Part shown: piece after piece, positions 37,125-50,738 of the stretch | Numbering within the stretch: position 1 is the stretch's first letter | Layout: the number at the start of each line of letters is the position of its first letter | Origin: Pecten maximus | Lineage: Eukaryota | Direction: 5' to 3' | DNA: 64,000 nucleotides | Assembly (NCBI RefSeq): GCF_902652985.1 | Contig: NC_047028.1 | Location: 37,386,001-37,450,000, forward strand | Made by a program: the position numbers and the translations under genes | The notes under the pieces: generated by a model | Told to the model about the DNA's origin: nothing | Databases searched by the model: none | Seen by the model: the letters and a program-made list of their open reading frames with translations, nothing else

Positions 37125-38050
37125 TCATGAGCAGCCCCTACATTTAATATAGCAGCCCCTTTTCATGTGCCGCCCCTACATATAATATTGGCCCTATTCA
37201 TGAGCTGCCCCTACATTTGATAGCAGCCCGTACATTTAATATCGGCCCCATATCATGAGCAGCCCCTACATTTAATATCGGCCCCCTTTCATGAGCAGCC
37301 CCTACATTTAATATTGGCCCCCTTTCACGAGCAGCCCCTACATTTAATATCGGCCCCCTTTCACGAGCAGCCCCTACATTTAATATCGGCCCCCTTTCAC
37401 GAGCGGCCCCTACATTTAATATCGGCCCCCTTTCACGAGCAGCCCCTACATTTAATATCGGCCCCCTTTCACGAGCAGCCCCTACATTTAATATCGGCCC
37501 CCTTTCACGAGCAGCCCCTACATTTAATATCGGCCCCCTTTCACGAGCAGCCCCTACATTTAAGATAGCAGCCCCTTTTTCATGTTTTCTCACTACATTT
37601 AATATCGGCCCCCCTTTCATGAGCAGCCCCTACATTTAAGATAGCGGTCCCCTTTCACAAGCAGCCCCTACATTTATATCTTGCCCATTTCGCGAGCAGC
37701 CCCTACATTTAATATAGCAGCCCCTTTTCATATGCCGCCCCTACATTTAATATTGGCCCTATTCATGAGCTGCCCCTACATTTGATAGCAGCCCCATTTC
37801 ATGAGTAAGCAGCCCCTACATTTAATATCGGCCCCCTTTCATGAGCAGCCCCTACATTTAATATCGGCCCCATTCATGAGCTACCCCTACATTTAATATC
37901 GGCCCCCTTTCATGAGCAGCCCCTACATTTAATATCGGCCCCATTCATGAGCAGCCCCTACATTTAATATCGGCCCCCTTTCATGAGAGCCCCTACATTT
38001 AATATCAGCCCCATTTCATGATCAGCCCCTATATTTAATAGCAGCCCCTT
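37125..38050. repeat. 36-bp minisatellite (about 25 copies)
   Basis: GAGCAGCCCCTACATTTAATATCGGCCCCCTTTCAC. Confidence 0.93.
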
Positions 38051-38624
38051 GTCATTAGTCCTATCAACATTTCATTACGTATACCATATTGTATACCATG
38101 TTATCAGAACACTGATAGGCTTTACTCAAGCCCAGTCGTCACACGTTAATGAAGACCCATTGTATTTTTTCTGGCATCTTATTGATTTTTTCAGGTTATT
38201 GATACATTTATATCCTCTTCATGAATTGACAGATCGGGGCTTTTATCACGTTTAAATACTAGGCTTCAGCACATCATTCCTCGACTGTGAAAAATATCGG
38301 TCGTACATATGTTCACTATCATATTACCTCGGTACGTTGTTTCCACCTGCAGAGAATCTTTAATATTATATTCATGTTATATTCACGATTAGTTTTATTT
38401 TGAATGAGAACAAATTCAGGTATTTTATTTGAATTTCTAAAAATATTTTCTTTCATGTCAGTATAAACTTTTGAAGCTAATTTTGTAAATTTTTACTTGT
38501 TGTAATTTTACAATTTATACAATATTTAATGCACAATTCATTCTAGATTACTGCATGCTGATACAATAGCTGTCTTACTCTATAAATGTAGGATTTATTA
38601 AAACACTAATTTCAAAAGCTGCAT

Positions 38625-38775
38625 CAGGGCTTTTTGGTTCCCATTTCTAACTAACATCATCTTATAATTAGGCCAAATTCCCAAAATTTGGAGTTTACTC
38701 TTTTCCAATTTCACCAATTTTCTTCCCAAAATGAGACAAAAATGTCCCTTCCCAAACCAGTGAGAAAAAGCCCTG
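38625..38775. mobile_element. MITE, CAGGG termini, 5-bp TSD (hAT5-like)
   Basis: CAGGGCTTTTT...AAAAAGCCCTG; TSD TGCAT. Confidence 0.8.
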
Positions 38776-39420
38776 TGCATATGTTGAAGATCAATTTGTG
38801 TTTTTGTATACACTATAACCGTTTGTGCTAGCTATAAACTTATGCGTACATGCATGTATTATCATGTACATGTTGAAGTAATGAATGCATGTTCTCGATA
38901 TATCTGTTGTCCTCCCTTGGGTGTCCATTGTCATTAGTAGATATGCAATGTATTTACTACATGTGCTGGTGGTGTTACTTGTACTTTTAGCGTTGAATAT
39001 TTCGTTCATATAAAACCTGTTTACCCCACATTAGTGTGAGCTGATAAAGCCAGACTACTTAATTCATGATCACAACATTGCTGGATTTAGTTACAGATGG
39101 AGTTACTTCCCTTGCTATACATGTAATCTATGTTACACAATATATATATGTTAAGAATAAAATGTCTGATGGCTTATAGCCAATGGATTAAGTCTGGGAG
39201 TAAGTGTAATATATATATGTCCTTACCCAAAGTATATATGCGCAAGACCTTTTATCAATAAAGACAATATACTAAATATTTAATGTAGATATATATATGT
39301 ATGAATGACAAAAAATCTTCATTTTGATAAAAAAAAAGAAAGTAAAATGTATAGCTTCTTCTTTTATAGATTCCTCATCTTTGAATGAGTTATTTTATTT
39401 TTACATTTTAAGGAGACATG

Positions 39421-39812
39421 AGTTAAAATGTGAAAAATATCAATCCTGAAGGGGTTAAAATGTGAAAAATATCAATCCTGAAGGGGTTAAAATGTGAAAA
39501 AATATCAATCCTGAAGGGGTTAAAATGTAAAAAAAAAATCAATCCGGAAAGGGTTAAAATGTAAAAAAAAAATCAATCCGGAAAGGGTTAAAATGTAAAA
39601 AAAAATATCAATCCTGAAGGGGTTCAAATCTGAAAAAATGTCTGACATGAAACTCCCATTGTATTATCTAGATCTGATGTCATTGCTGTACATGTCATTG
39701 CTGTACATGTCATTGCTGTACATGTCATTGCTGTAGTACATGTCATTGCTGTAGTACATGTCATTGCTGTAGTACATGTCATTGCTGTAGTACATGTCAT
39801 TGCTGTACATGT
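39421..39812. repeat. Two short arrays (about 34-bp and 15/18-bp units)
   Basis: GTTAAAATGTGAAAAATATCAATCCTGAAGGG; TGTCATTGCTGTA(GTA)CA. Confidence 0.85.
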
Positions 39813-40215
39813 AATGATGACGTACCATATTATAATGTTATCTGGAAACGCTACTTTTATAATGATTGGGGAACAAGAAATTGATATGCCTGTATCTGAT
39901 TTCAGAAGTTGAGTGATGGTAAATACGTGATGGTAACTGCCAACCATGTACCAATGGTTGTACACGTATGGACTAGATAATTGGAACAATCTCTAAAGGT
40001 CAAATATCAGAAATTTAACAAATATTGTGATTGGTAGTCATTGTGTTTTGTATTGGCGTTGTATCCAGTTTCACACCGTAGAGGCCGATGGCTTGTGTTG
40101 ATATGTGAAAGGTTGGCATATAGGGCTATCTGTAACATCAGGAGTGTCTACTGCAATATAACCATACAATAAAACATCTATCTCCTGGGCCCTCAGCCAC
40201 TGTATCATCTAATGA

Positions 40216-41645
40216 ACACAGTAACACTGGGGACAGTAACACCGGGGACAGTAACACCGGGGACAGTAACACTGGGGACAGTAATGCCGGGGACAGTAAC
40301 ACTGGGGATAGTAACACTGGGGACAGTAACACCGGGGACAGTAACACTGGGGACAGTAACGCCGGGGACAGTAACACCGGGGACAGTAACACCGGGGACA
40401 GTAACACCGGGGACAGTAACACTGGGGATAGTAACACTGGGGACAGTAACACTGGGGACAGTAACACCGGGGACACTGGGGATAGTAACACCGGGGACAG
40501 TAACACCGGGGACAGTAACACTGGGGACAGTAACACCGGGGACAGTTACACCGGGGACAGTAACACTGGGGACAGTAACACCAGGGACAGTAACACCGGG
40601 GACACTGGGGACAGTAACACTGGGGACAGTAACACCGGGGACACTGGGGATAGTAACACCGGGGACAGTAACACCGGGGACAGTAACACCGGGGACAGTA
40701 ACACCGGGGACACTGGGGATAGTAACACTGGGGACAGTAACACCGGGGACAGTTACACCGGGGACAGTAACACTGGGGACAGTAACACCAGGGACAGTAA
40801 CACCGGGGACACTGGGGACAGTAACACTGGGGACAGTAACACTGGGGACAGTAACACCGGGGACACTGGGGATAGTAACACCGGGGACAGTAACACCGGG
40901 GACACTGGGGATAGTAACACTGGGGACAGTAACACCGGGGACAGTTACACCGGGGACAGTAACACTGGGGACAGTAACACCAGGGACAGTAACACCAGGG
41001 ACAGTAACACCGGGGACAGTTACACCGGGGACAGTAACACTGGGGACAGTAACACCAGGGACAGTAACACCGGGGACACTGGGGACAGTAACACTGGGGA
41101 CAGTAACACCGGGGACAGTAACACCGGGGACACTGGGGATAGTAACACTGGGGACAGTAACACCGGGGACAGTAACACCGGGGACAGTAACACCGGGGGA
41201 CAGTAACACCGGGGACAGTAACACTGGGGACAGTAACACTAGGAACAGTAACACTGGGGACACTGTGGATAGTAACACCGGGGACAGTAACACTGGGGAC
41301 AGTAACACTGGGGACAGTAACACTGGGGGACAGTAACACTGGGGGACAGTAACACTGGGGACAGTAACACTGGGGACAGTAACACTGGGGACAGTAACAC
41401 TGGGGGACAGTAACACCGGGGACAGTAACACTGGGGACAGTAACACCGGGGACAGTAACACTGGGGACAGTAACACCGGGGACAGTAACACCGGGGGACA
41501 GTAACACCGGGGACAGTAACACTGGGGACAGTAACACTAGGAACAGTAACACTGGGGACACTGTGGATAGTAACACCGGGGACAGTAACACTGGGGACAG
41601 TAACACTGGGGACAGTAACACCGGGGACAGAAACACTGGGGACAA
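40216..41645. repeat. 15-bp G-rich minisatellite (about 95 copies)
   Basis: ACAGTAACACYGGGG. Confidence 0.96.
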
Positions 41646-42204
41646 CAACTCTACAAAATTCTATCCTAAAAAATAATTATTTTGCCAAATGTCAAGGTCA
41701 ATTAGCTGTGAAATGTGTAAGGTTACACTTCATTTCAAAGCTTTTAGTTGTTACTCCTCGATTTGTATCAGAATTATTCCACAATTAAAGTTGGAATTTC
41801 ACTGATCAGTAGACTGTTTTCTGTGCTATACTATTACACATGGTCAGGTCACTCTAAATCATGATTTAACACAAACATGAAAAGTCCTCGAATTTCAACT
41901 CTTGCAAAAGTCTTGGAATTCAGTATACATGTCATGCCTTGAAAATTTTGGAAAGTTCTTGAATTTGTGTTTTTTTGTGCTGAAATGAAAAAGAAATGTT
42001 TGCTTTTTCTGAAATATTCCCCCAATAAAGTCTCCAGAATGTTTGAGGAAATTGTAAGTTATCTGATTTTGTTTGTTCAGATTAAATGTGCTAGCACCTA
42101 AACAATTTGACAGCATTGTTATGTGTCAGGAAATTATACCAAACTTACTCTACATTACATTAACTATATTCAGTATGTAAACTTTAACCTAGTCATTTTT
42201 CCTG

Positions 42205-42625
42205 AAAAGTCTTGCATAGTGATAACATTCAGGAATAGTCTTGTATAGTGACAGAAAGTCCAGGAAAAGTCTCGTATAGTGACAGAAAGTCCAGGAAAAG
42301 TCTCGTATAGTGACAAAGTCCAGGAAAAGTCTCGTATAGTGACAAAGTCCAGGAAAAGTCTCGTATAGTGACAAAGTCCAGGAAAAGTCTCGTATAGTGA
42401 CAAAGTCCAGGAAAAGTCTCGTATAGTGACAGAAAGTCCAGGAAAAGTCTCGTATAGTGACAAAGTCCAGGAAAAGTCTCGTATAGTGACAAAGTCCAGG
42501 AAAAGTCTCGTATAGTGACAAAGTCCAGGAAAAGTCTCGTATAGTGACAAAGTCCAGGAAAAGTCTCGTATAGTGACAAAGTCCAGGAAAAGTCTCGTAT
42601 AGTGACAAAGTCCAGGAAAAGTCTT
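42205..42625. repeat. 28/30-bp minisatellite
   Basis: AAAGTCCAGGAAAAGTCTCGTATAGTGAC. Confidence 0.93.
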
Positions 42626-43759
42626 GGAATTTGTGGAATCAATATCTGAAAGCATGTAATTAAAAGGTTAAAGGTCATTTAGCTGCAGTATGTTACCTGA
42701 TTTAGATAAAAGTTGATCATGACTCATTACTTTAGTCTGATTAATTCATTCAGAAAACCTTTGAATACAAAGTTTTTTGTTTGTTTGTTTTTAAGTTAAC
42801 AAAGAAGGCTATTCCCCCAGCAGTCTATCCAGTAGTTTTCTTACAAGTGGCCAGGGGCATGGCAACTCTGATTGGATTCGATAATGATCAGCCAGGGGAG
42901 CAATGTCATCTCATCTGGTGTATATAAGTGTAACTTCCACTCCGACTTCTAAGACAAGTATCACATTTCTCCACACACTGGAATGAACTGTTGATGATAC
43001 AAAAGTTCTGTATCTGATTCAAAAAAACTCTTTACAAGGAAGACATTAGCGGTATCTGTAATTTCATTTCCTGTGTAAAAGTTTTACTTATCTACCTTAG
43101 CTTGCATTGTATCCCATGTACATGTGTCACTTTACATGTCGGAGAATGATATAATCCTGGTCGATGTCACGTTTGTCTGGAATGGTTGAACATGTACATG
43201 CATGCATTAACCAAGATCGTTACAAGCAGGGATGGTATATTATGTAATTAGACTTGGCATTATGATACAATTATAATGTAGAAGGCTTTATACTGTCAAT
43301 TCTCACATGTTCGTCAAACAGGAAAAGGGATAAAGAAAATTTTAATTTAATCCCCTTGTTTAAAATAATCAGATTACTTCATGTATATGAAAAGGATGGA
43401 TTAGAATGCATATATTTCTTTGTTTTAGAAAATATGAAGAATTTTATCGCATCCAGTAATCTATATTGAAGTGAATAAAAGCATAATGAACCTAAGTCTG
43501 TTACAAAATTATTGGAAATGGAAAATTGGGGGAAAACTGGATGCTTACTGTCTTTCTATCAAATGGAATAAAAAGGATGTTAAAGAAATCATTTTGAATT
43601 GTTAAATCACATTTCGAACGAAAAACAATTTAAAAGAAAAAAGAAAAATACATGCAATTTACATATACTGGTTAAAACTATTACGTTAATATAATTAAAT
43701 CTCCGATGGTACTTATGTAGTAAGTTAGTATATTGTCATGTTTACGAGTGTAAAATACA

Positions 43760-44002
43760 AACTTTATTCCTTTTATAACAGTTGCAAAACAAGTTATATC
43801 ATCTTATATAAATCACCCTCGTTGGCCCGTATGGAAGCACATGAGGGGTCTTACTGTGGGGGGAAACCGAAGTACCCGGGGAAAACCCACGTGATCCGGC
43901 AGATGACCCCGTTTACCTTTTCACCTCGGAATGGGAAATCAAACCTGGGCTGGCTAGGTTAAAGGCTACTGTGTTAATTACTACAGTGCCACACAACCAC
44001 CC
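43760..44002 (-). mobile_element. SINE family B copy
   Basis: Shares GGGTCTTACTGTGGG.GGAAACCG.AGTA.CCGGG and flanks with the 11.6-kb copy. Confidence 0.72.
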
Positions 44003-44835
44003 TTTATGAGTGTAATGCTCATTGATAGTTCATATAGCAATGAATGCCAGTGGTACATATAGGGTGCCACGCAACCACCCTTTATGAGTGTAATGCTCAT
44101 TGATAGTTCATATAGCAATGAATGCCAGTGGTACATATAGGGTGCCACGCAACCACCCTTTATGAGTGTAATGCTCATTGATAGTTCATATAGCAATGAA
44201 TGCCAGTGGTACATATAGGGTGCCACGCAACCACCCTTTATGAGTGTAATGTTCATTGATAGTTCATATAGTAATGAATGCCAGTGGTACGTATAGGGTG
44301 CCACACAACCACCCTTTATGAGTGTAATGTTCATTGATAGTTCATATAGTAATGAATGCCAGTGGTACGTATAGGGTGCCACGCAACCACCCTTTATGAG
44401 TGTAATGTTCATTGATAGTTCATATAGTAATGAATGCCAGTGGTACGTATAGGGTGCCACACAACCACCCTTTATGAGTGTAATGTTCATTGATAGTTCA
44501 TATAGTAATGAATGCCAGTGGTACGTATAGGGTGCCACGCAACCACCCTTTATGAGTGTAATGTTCATTGATAGTTCATATAGTAATGAATGCCAGTGGT
44601 ACGTATAGGGTGCCACACAACCACCCTTTATGAGTGTAATGTTCATTGATAGTTCATATAGTAATGAATGCCAGTGGTACGTATAGGGTGCCACACAACC
44701 ACCCTTTATGAGTGTAATGTTCATTGATAGTTCATATAGTAATGAATGCCAGTGGTACGTATAGGGTGCCACACAACCACCCTTTATGAGTGTAATGTTC
44801 ATTGATAGTTCATATAGCAATGAATGCCAGTGGTA
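43986..44835. repeat. 78-bp tandem array (about 11 copies)
   Basis: GTGCCACACAACCACCCTTTATGAGTGTAATG...GGTACGTATAGG. Confidence 0.95.
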
Positions 44836-45375
44836 ATTTATAAGCTGCTGTTTACCATGTTTGCTAGCTGCTTCTCAAGGCGAGTTTAGATAAATTGTTG
44901 AAAAACATTTGTGCATGTACATTTGCATACCAAGGTATTTATGCTGTTTTAGGTATATATATATATATATAGCTACAGGTCTAGGACGACATGTATTGTA
45001 ACTTGTGTTAATGTAGCTATATATTGGCTGGTATTATAGATACGTAAGTAGCAGATGTTTTTTAACATCTCTGACACATGTGTCCCTCTTAAAATTTCAT
45101 TAGAATTTTGTTTTGATGTGTGATCATTTTTCGTTGTAGATTTAATGACGGTAAATTTAATATCAGCGATAAAATCCTGTAATGTGTTTTCATCAGATAA
45201 AACAAATGTTCTACATTAAAATTTGAGGTAAATTTGTCATTCCTAATTCTTGTTAAAGTATTTGAATTTCAAAAATGTGCATTATTTTTTTTTATTATGT
45301 AATATACCGGTATGTAATATATTTACCTTAAATTAATTCACTTTGAAGTGAATATTAAGAATGTTAATTAAAAGA

Positions 45376-45418
<43 letters not shown>

Positions 45419-46889
45419 GAAACAATGTATGTACATGTTTGCTTTCTTATACTTTAAAAAAAAGTGTATTTTTAGAAATTTTCTGAAAGATTTGATTTTG
45501 CGAATTATGGAGTTATGGGACTGTCTGTGATCTATGGAGTACATGGTTATAACACTTGGTGTGTGTGTTTTAGCTCGCTCTGGTTGGTGGTGGATATAAT
45601 CACCCAGATTACATGGTATTTGTCATGTACTAAGTGTTATGAAACTATCTGTGACCCATGTCTACTGTTACAGAAGCTGGTGAAAAATGGGCTCCTCTTT
45701 GATGAGTCGGGATGATGATTCACAGCCGGGATGGGAGATTTTTTTGCCTGCTCTAACACAGCACTTGGTCCTTAGATAAGGCTTGTATTTACACAGTATA
45801 GCGTGACCGTGTCAGATTTCAGGGGAAGGGCTTCTACTCCTCACAGCTACTGGGGGGGGGGGGGGGGGGGGGGGGGGGCATCATTTATTTATGGAATGTC
45901 AGTCCTACAAGTTTGGGGAGTATGGTATATGTATTTCTGAGATATTTTTTGTTTATATCTAGAACCAAGATCATATGTATATGCTGGAGGGAGGGAGGCT
46001 AAAAGTCTCCAACCAAATGCATGATTTCAGATCACAACCTGTTTTCTGCTGTTTTTACTATACTGCCAAATGTTTACACACAGCCGTATAATATATAATA
46101 CCTAAATTTGCACAAAACTGTTTCGCATCCATCTACATATTACAGAATTTGTGAAGACAACATGGGATCTTTAATTTCATGAGTGTAAACCAATTTCCCA
46201 TATGAAATGTTCTAAACGAGTTCAATAATTTATCATAAACCAATAGGCATAAGAGATTTATTCTTTTATTTAAAATCTTCATAAAATTTCATATGATTTT
46301 AATGAATGTAGATTATATTTTACTGAACTGATATATTTCTAAGAAAATATGCAAAATAATAAAAAAAATTAAACTGAGTTGATATACAAACTGGTGATAT
46401 TTCACTCTAATTTTGATTATTTCAAAGCAGATAGTCAATCGTTAATGACTGAAATTGATTACCCGGTATTTATTTATGACATCACAAATTTGTGATATGA
46501 TACAGTTGAACTGGTTGTTGTGGATTGATTCATAAAGTAAGGATGCATCTTAAGTTGCATTTTAAAAGTTATGGTGCTTTGATCATGAGGTGATGATGAA
46601 CAGGATTATTTCAAAGCTGATGACATGGAAGAGTATGATTAAAATCAATACAACCCCCCCCCACTCCCCCCCCCCCCCCCCCCCCCCCACCTCCTCCCTC
46701 TCCCCAAGAAATGAACATCGATCATATGCATGCTTCATTGCTTGTCCAGCTTTGTGACCATGGAACTTTAGTTTGACTTGCTAGCATGCCTTTGATTGTC
46801 AATTTTTGAAAAAAAGTGTGCACTATACGCGAATATTTACGGTAGGCTGGATATATATTATAGTTTTGAATGTGGTAGCTTTAATATAT

Positions 46890-47051
46890 CAGGGTTTACC
46901 CTTGACTCAAAAATCATGGGCCATTTTGACAAGATTTCAGAAATCGTATGGGCCAAAACATAGAAAATTGAAAAAAAATTGTGAGTTTTGGTGGGCCATT
47001 TTGGAAAATATGGGGCAAATGACCCCATGGCCCCCTGCAGAGTTATCCCTG
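46890..47051. mobile_element. hAT-like MITE
   Basis: Imperfect CAGGG...CCCTG termini in an (AT)n context. Confidence 0.55.
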
Positions 47052-47074
47052 ATATATATATATATATATATGTA

Positions 47075-47695
47075 AACATAAACGACACAACAAGACAATT
47101 CCGGTTGAATATCACTAACGTTTTCAAGCCGTGTATCGGCTATCTTCAGGCGATTACTTTTTAATGCTTAGTAACAACATTATGACGTAATACAATCAAT
47201 AACATAATGGGGAGGTAATAATTACGTTACTGTATTTTAAGGTGTGACGACACCAATTTTTAAGCATTGAGTGCCGGTTTGAAAAGTTTAACAAACATTT
47301 CTTCCTTGCATAATCGCTTTGTAGCATTACACTCGGGCATCTTGTGAAATGGATAAACATGGAATAATCCTTTTCCACAAATATCAAGATGTTCACTTAG
47401 CGGAATTTTACGTGTTTCGGGCGTACGTATTTGTTGTCTGTGAACGCGGATTCTTCCGACAGAGCATTTCCCGTTTGTCCGATATAATATTCGCGGCAAG
47501 TACCACAGACAATACAGTAAATTAAATTCTTGCTTTTACAAGTTAAGTCACTGTTTGGTTTTATTGTTTTTCCGTTCTTTAAGAGTAAACTTTGCCCCTG
47601 ATGAATATATGCACATGTTCCACATCGTGAATCCCCGCATGCAGACACCATAAATTCCCGTTGTTCTGAAGTATCAAACTTCGCCCTTGTTAGGA
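47075..47695 (-). mobile_element. Penelope-like element 3' fragment (GIY-YIG endonuclease, frameshifted)
   Basis: CGDSRCGTC...NLIYCIVCGTCREYYIGQT...RVHRQQI...SEHL...EEMFVKLFKPALN across track ORFs 47397..47651 and 47260..47499. Confidence 0.85.
47111..47154 (-). ncRNA. Minimal type I hammerhead ribozyme (Penelope-associated)
   Basis: Minus strand ATCGC-CTGAAGA-tAGCCG ataca CGGCTt-GAAA-ACGT-TA-GTGAT: conserved core, stem II, palindromic stem III and stem I ATCGC/GTGAT. Confidence 0.75.
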
Positions 47696-48773
47696 TTTAT
47701 ATATACATGTGTGTATATATATACTTTTGAGATGAGTATTAAGGCCCTTACCCCTGAATATCATTATGATAAAGTGCAGTTGAACTAGTTGTAGCTAATA
47801 TAAATGAATGCTGTATTGTTTTGAACTCATACACCAAAGATAAAGTTGTTCTTATTATCCTCTCTTGCTAAGCAAACCGATGAGTTGAAAGAACCTCATC
47901 AGGGCTAATGAATCTGTGTGTTTTTAATTAGAACTGTGGACTGTTCAGCAGGCCTCTACTCCCCAGGTGATTGTGTGGGTGTCCCTGAGCCACAATACTC
48001 CATCATAAACTGTAGCGGGAGGTCACTTACCACAGACATAACTTCTAATTTACTCTACCATTACAGGTCAGAGGTCAAGGTCATTATTGGGGAATGTGCG
48101 TGTGTCTTTGCTAGCAAAGCAAATTACTGCGTTACATTTCTGTCAAAAGCAATGATAGGACTGTATCTCAAACAACTCTATATAATGTAATGGAACTGCA
48201 AGCAGCAGGTCAGAGGTCGCACAAACTATAGAGGATTCTTATGAATAATTCATGAGATAATGACATGTAAATGAAGACAGTACGAGAGACACCATCATTA
48301 TATACTGGGGTTCAGTGTTGATTGGAATAATCCTGTGGCCAGACATATCGGAGTAATTTAACGGGGGAAAATAAACCAATTCTGTACACTGAAATAATGT
48401 CAATATTGTTGATGGATATAGTGTATCGCATGGTTTTAATTAACTTAATATTCTGTTCTACTTCTTTTTTTTTTTTTTTTTAGTATTTCTTGTTCTTCAT
48501 TTAAGGTCAACAATTTTGTAAGTTTTGTAAGTAAGTTGAAAAGTTCTCATATTGAGATATATTTTTCGAAATATCCCCTCTAGTTGATTTCGTTTGTCAT
48601 AATGTAAGGAAGTGCTGACATTTTCGTTCTTGGAAGCATTGTATCAGATTTAAAATGTAGCTTTGATCAACTCTCAGGAACACTTGATATTGAAGGCCTC
48701 ACACTATTTAAATAGCTAGAGTTATATATATGACCCTTTGGACAATAAAAGGGAGCTCGAGGGAGGGGGCCAT

Positions 48774-48996
48774 GCATGTGGTGGACGAGTGCTTAAGGTG
48801 CACAATCCTGACACTTAATCACTTGCCCTCCACCTCTAGGTTACGAGTTCGAAACCCATGTGGGGCAGTTGCCAGGTACTGACCATAGGCCGGTGGTTTT
48901 TCTCTGGGTACTCCGGCTTTCCTCCACCTCCAAATCCTGGCACGTCCTTAAGTGACCCTGGCTGTTAATAGGACATTAAACAAAAATAAACAAACA
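48774..48996 (+). mobile_element. SINE family A copy
   Basis: Matches family A. Confidence 0.85.
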
Positions 48997-49252
48997 ATAT
49001 ATCTATACCAGGGACTAAAGCGGATTTCCTGGTTTTATCTGTCATATTGTGTGTGACATATATGTGAAGCCTTTTTCTCTGTTAGTCATATACTACCTGT
49101 AGTTTGATATATATTAATTGTTTATAGTGTCTTTCAGTTGTCACCGGTGCAAAGATATCAATTTACATATATTCATGTTTGTCAGATGGACCATGCATAA
49201 TATATACGTGTATAATATTATGTAAGCTGAAGGTTAAAAGTGACAGTGATAG

Positions 49253-49640
49253 TGTAACAGAGCGCATGATTAATTAGATTTAAATCACTGCCTCTGCTAG
49301 GGATCGAACCATGGACCTCTGGCTTACTAATATTGCACTCTACCGATCGAGCCAAAGAGAAGATCTCTCTAGCGAAGCGGTATATTGCCGCTAGTATTTA
49401 ACAGGGTTACATATATACTCCCCCCTCCAGGAAAGAACTTGTCTTCGATTTTTCAGGAGTAACATCAATGTTTGTGGAGGAAGGCTGAGTATTTTCCCCG
49501 AGTCCCTACATGGGTTCCAATGTAACTCATGATAAATTAATTCAAATCACTGCCTCCGCTAGGGATCGAACCCGGGACCTCTGGCTTACTACTACTAGTC
49601 TGACGCTCAATTAGCTCAACCGATCGAGCTAAAGAGATGA
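49253..49640 (-). mobile_element. Second, degraded TRIM family with tRNA-like LTRs
   Basis: Repeat 49253-49411 (TGTAAC...GTTACA) and a truncated copy from 49521. On the minus strand there is a TGG-starting PBS-like site next to one LTR, a G-rich PPT next to the other, and a B box GGTTCGATCCC. Confidence 0.65.
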
Positions 49641-49780
49641 TTGAAACAGTTCACAGTGAAAACATACAGTTTGTTTTTGTTTGGCAGCCATACCAGTTTA
49701 TAGATCCCTTGATCAGACTCAGAACAACACATACATGTACACATCATGTCTAAACATGTGAAATCTATTGAAGCTATATT

Positions 49781-50024
49781 CTCAAACTAGGGGGAGATAA
49801 TCTAGTGTCAGAATACTCAAACTAGGGGGAGATAATCTAGTGTCAGAATACTCAAACTAGGGGGAGATAATCTAGTGTCAGAATACTCAAACTAGGGGGA
49901 GATAATCTAGTGTCAGAATACTCAAACTAGGGGGAGATAATCTAGTGTCAGAATACTCAAACTAGGGGGAGATAATCTAGTGTCAGAATACTCAAACTAG
50001 GGGGAGATAATCTAGAGTCAGAAT
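49781..50024. repeat. 35-bp tandem repeat (about 7 copies)
   Basis: CTCAAACTAGGGGGAGATAATCTAGTGTCAGAATA. Confidence 0.93.
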
Positions 50025-50738
50025 TTAGTAGAACCATTCTAACAAAAAAGTTAGGGGCTGTTGGTCTGTCTAATGACTCTCTTATGCATGTATTTAGTGT
50101 TAAATCTCAAACTGATGTCAGTTTTTGACACAATTTATGCAGAAAATTTAAACTACAGTACAAAAATCATTGTTATGTTTGAAGCTGGTGTTTTTATTCT
50201 TGACAATTTCATAAGTAGAGACTGACAGCTGTATATTAAATGTGTACCTTATTGACTTGTATTGGTTTGTTCTTTGAAGTAATATAATATAAATTCTCAT
50301 TTTGTGTCCTGGTTGATACATTACACAGATGAAAAATGAGAACAATTATGAAAAATTGGGGTAAAATGGAGTAGTATTTTGTGTTTTATGGAGTGTTGGG
50401 ACAACATCGGTCTGGGCCGGGTCACTGTATTGATTTCTCCTCTTCAGAGGATCCCGTCAATCTTCATTTCTCATTTACGTTCCTCTTAAAGATCGTTTGG
50501 TTCTGAACTATGACAAATGAGTCGGGCCATATGTATAAATCATTTAATTTTCTCCTACCAAATTGACAAATATGTATCATACTAGTTGCTGTTATTCATT
50601 TCTGAATTTGATATTCATTTTTGCAGATTCACAAAAGAAATGTGACGATGATGATGTTAATTTCTGTAATTGTTGATTCCAGATTTGACAGAAATTTGAC
50701 GGATGTCTGTGATTATCAGCAACCATTTGTCGGACAGC

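Noticed and set aside
40138-41648. Cys/Pro-rich and GTVTP ORFs of 374-479 aa resembling keratin-associated or antifreeze proteins
   Set aside because: Products of a 15-bp repeat, open in four frames, with no unique domain or exon context.
47876-47905. CTGATGAG motif on the minus strand suggesting a hammerhead
   Set aside because: It forms a simple hairpin and lacks the downstream GAAA core.
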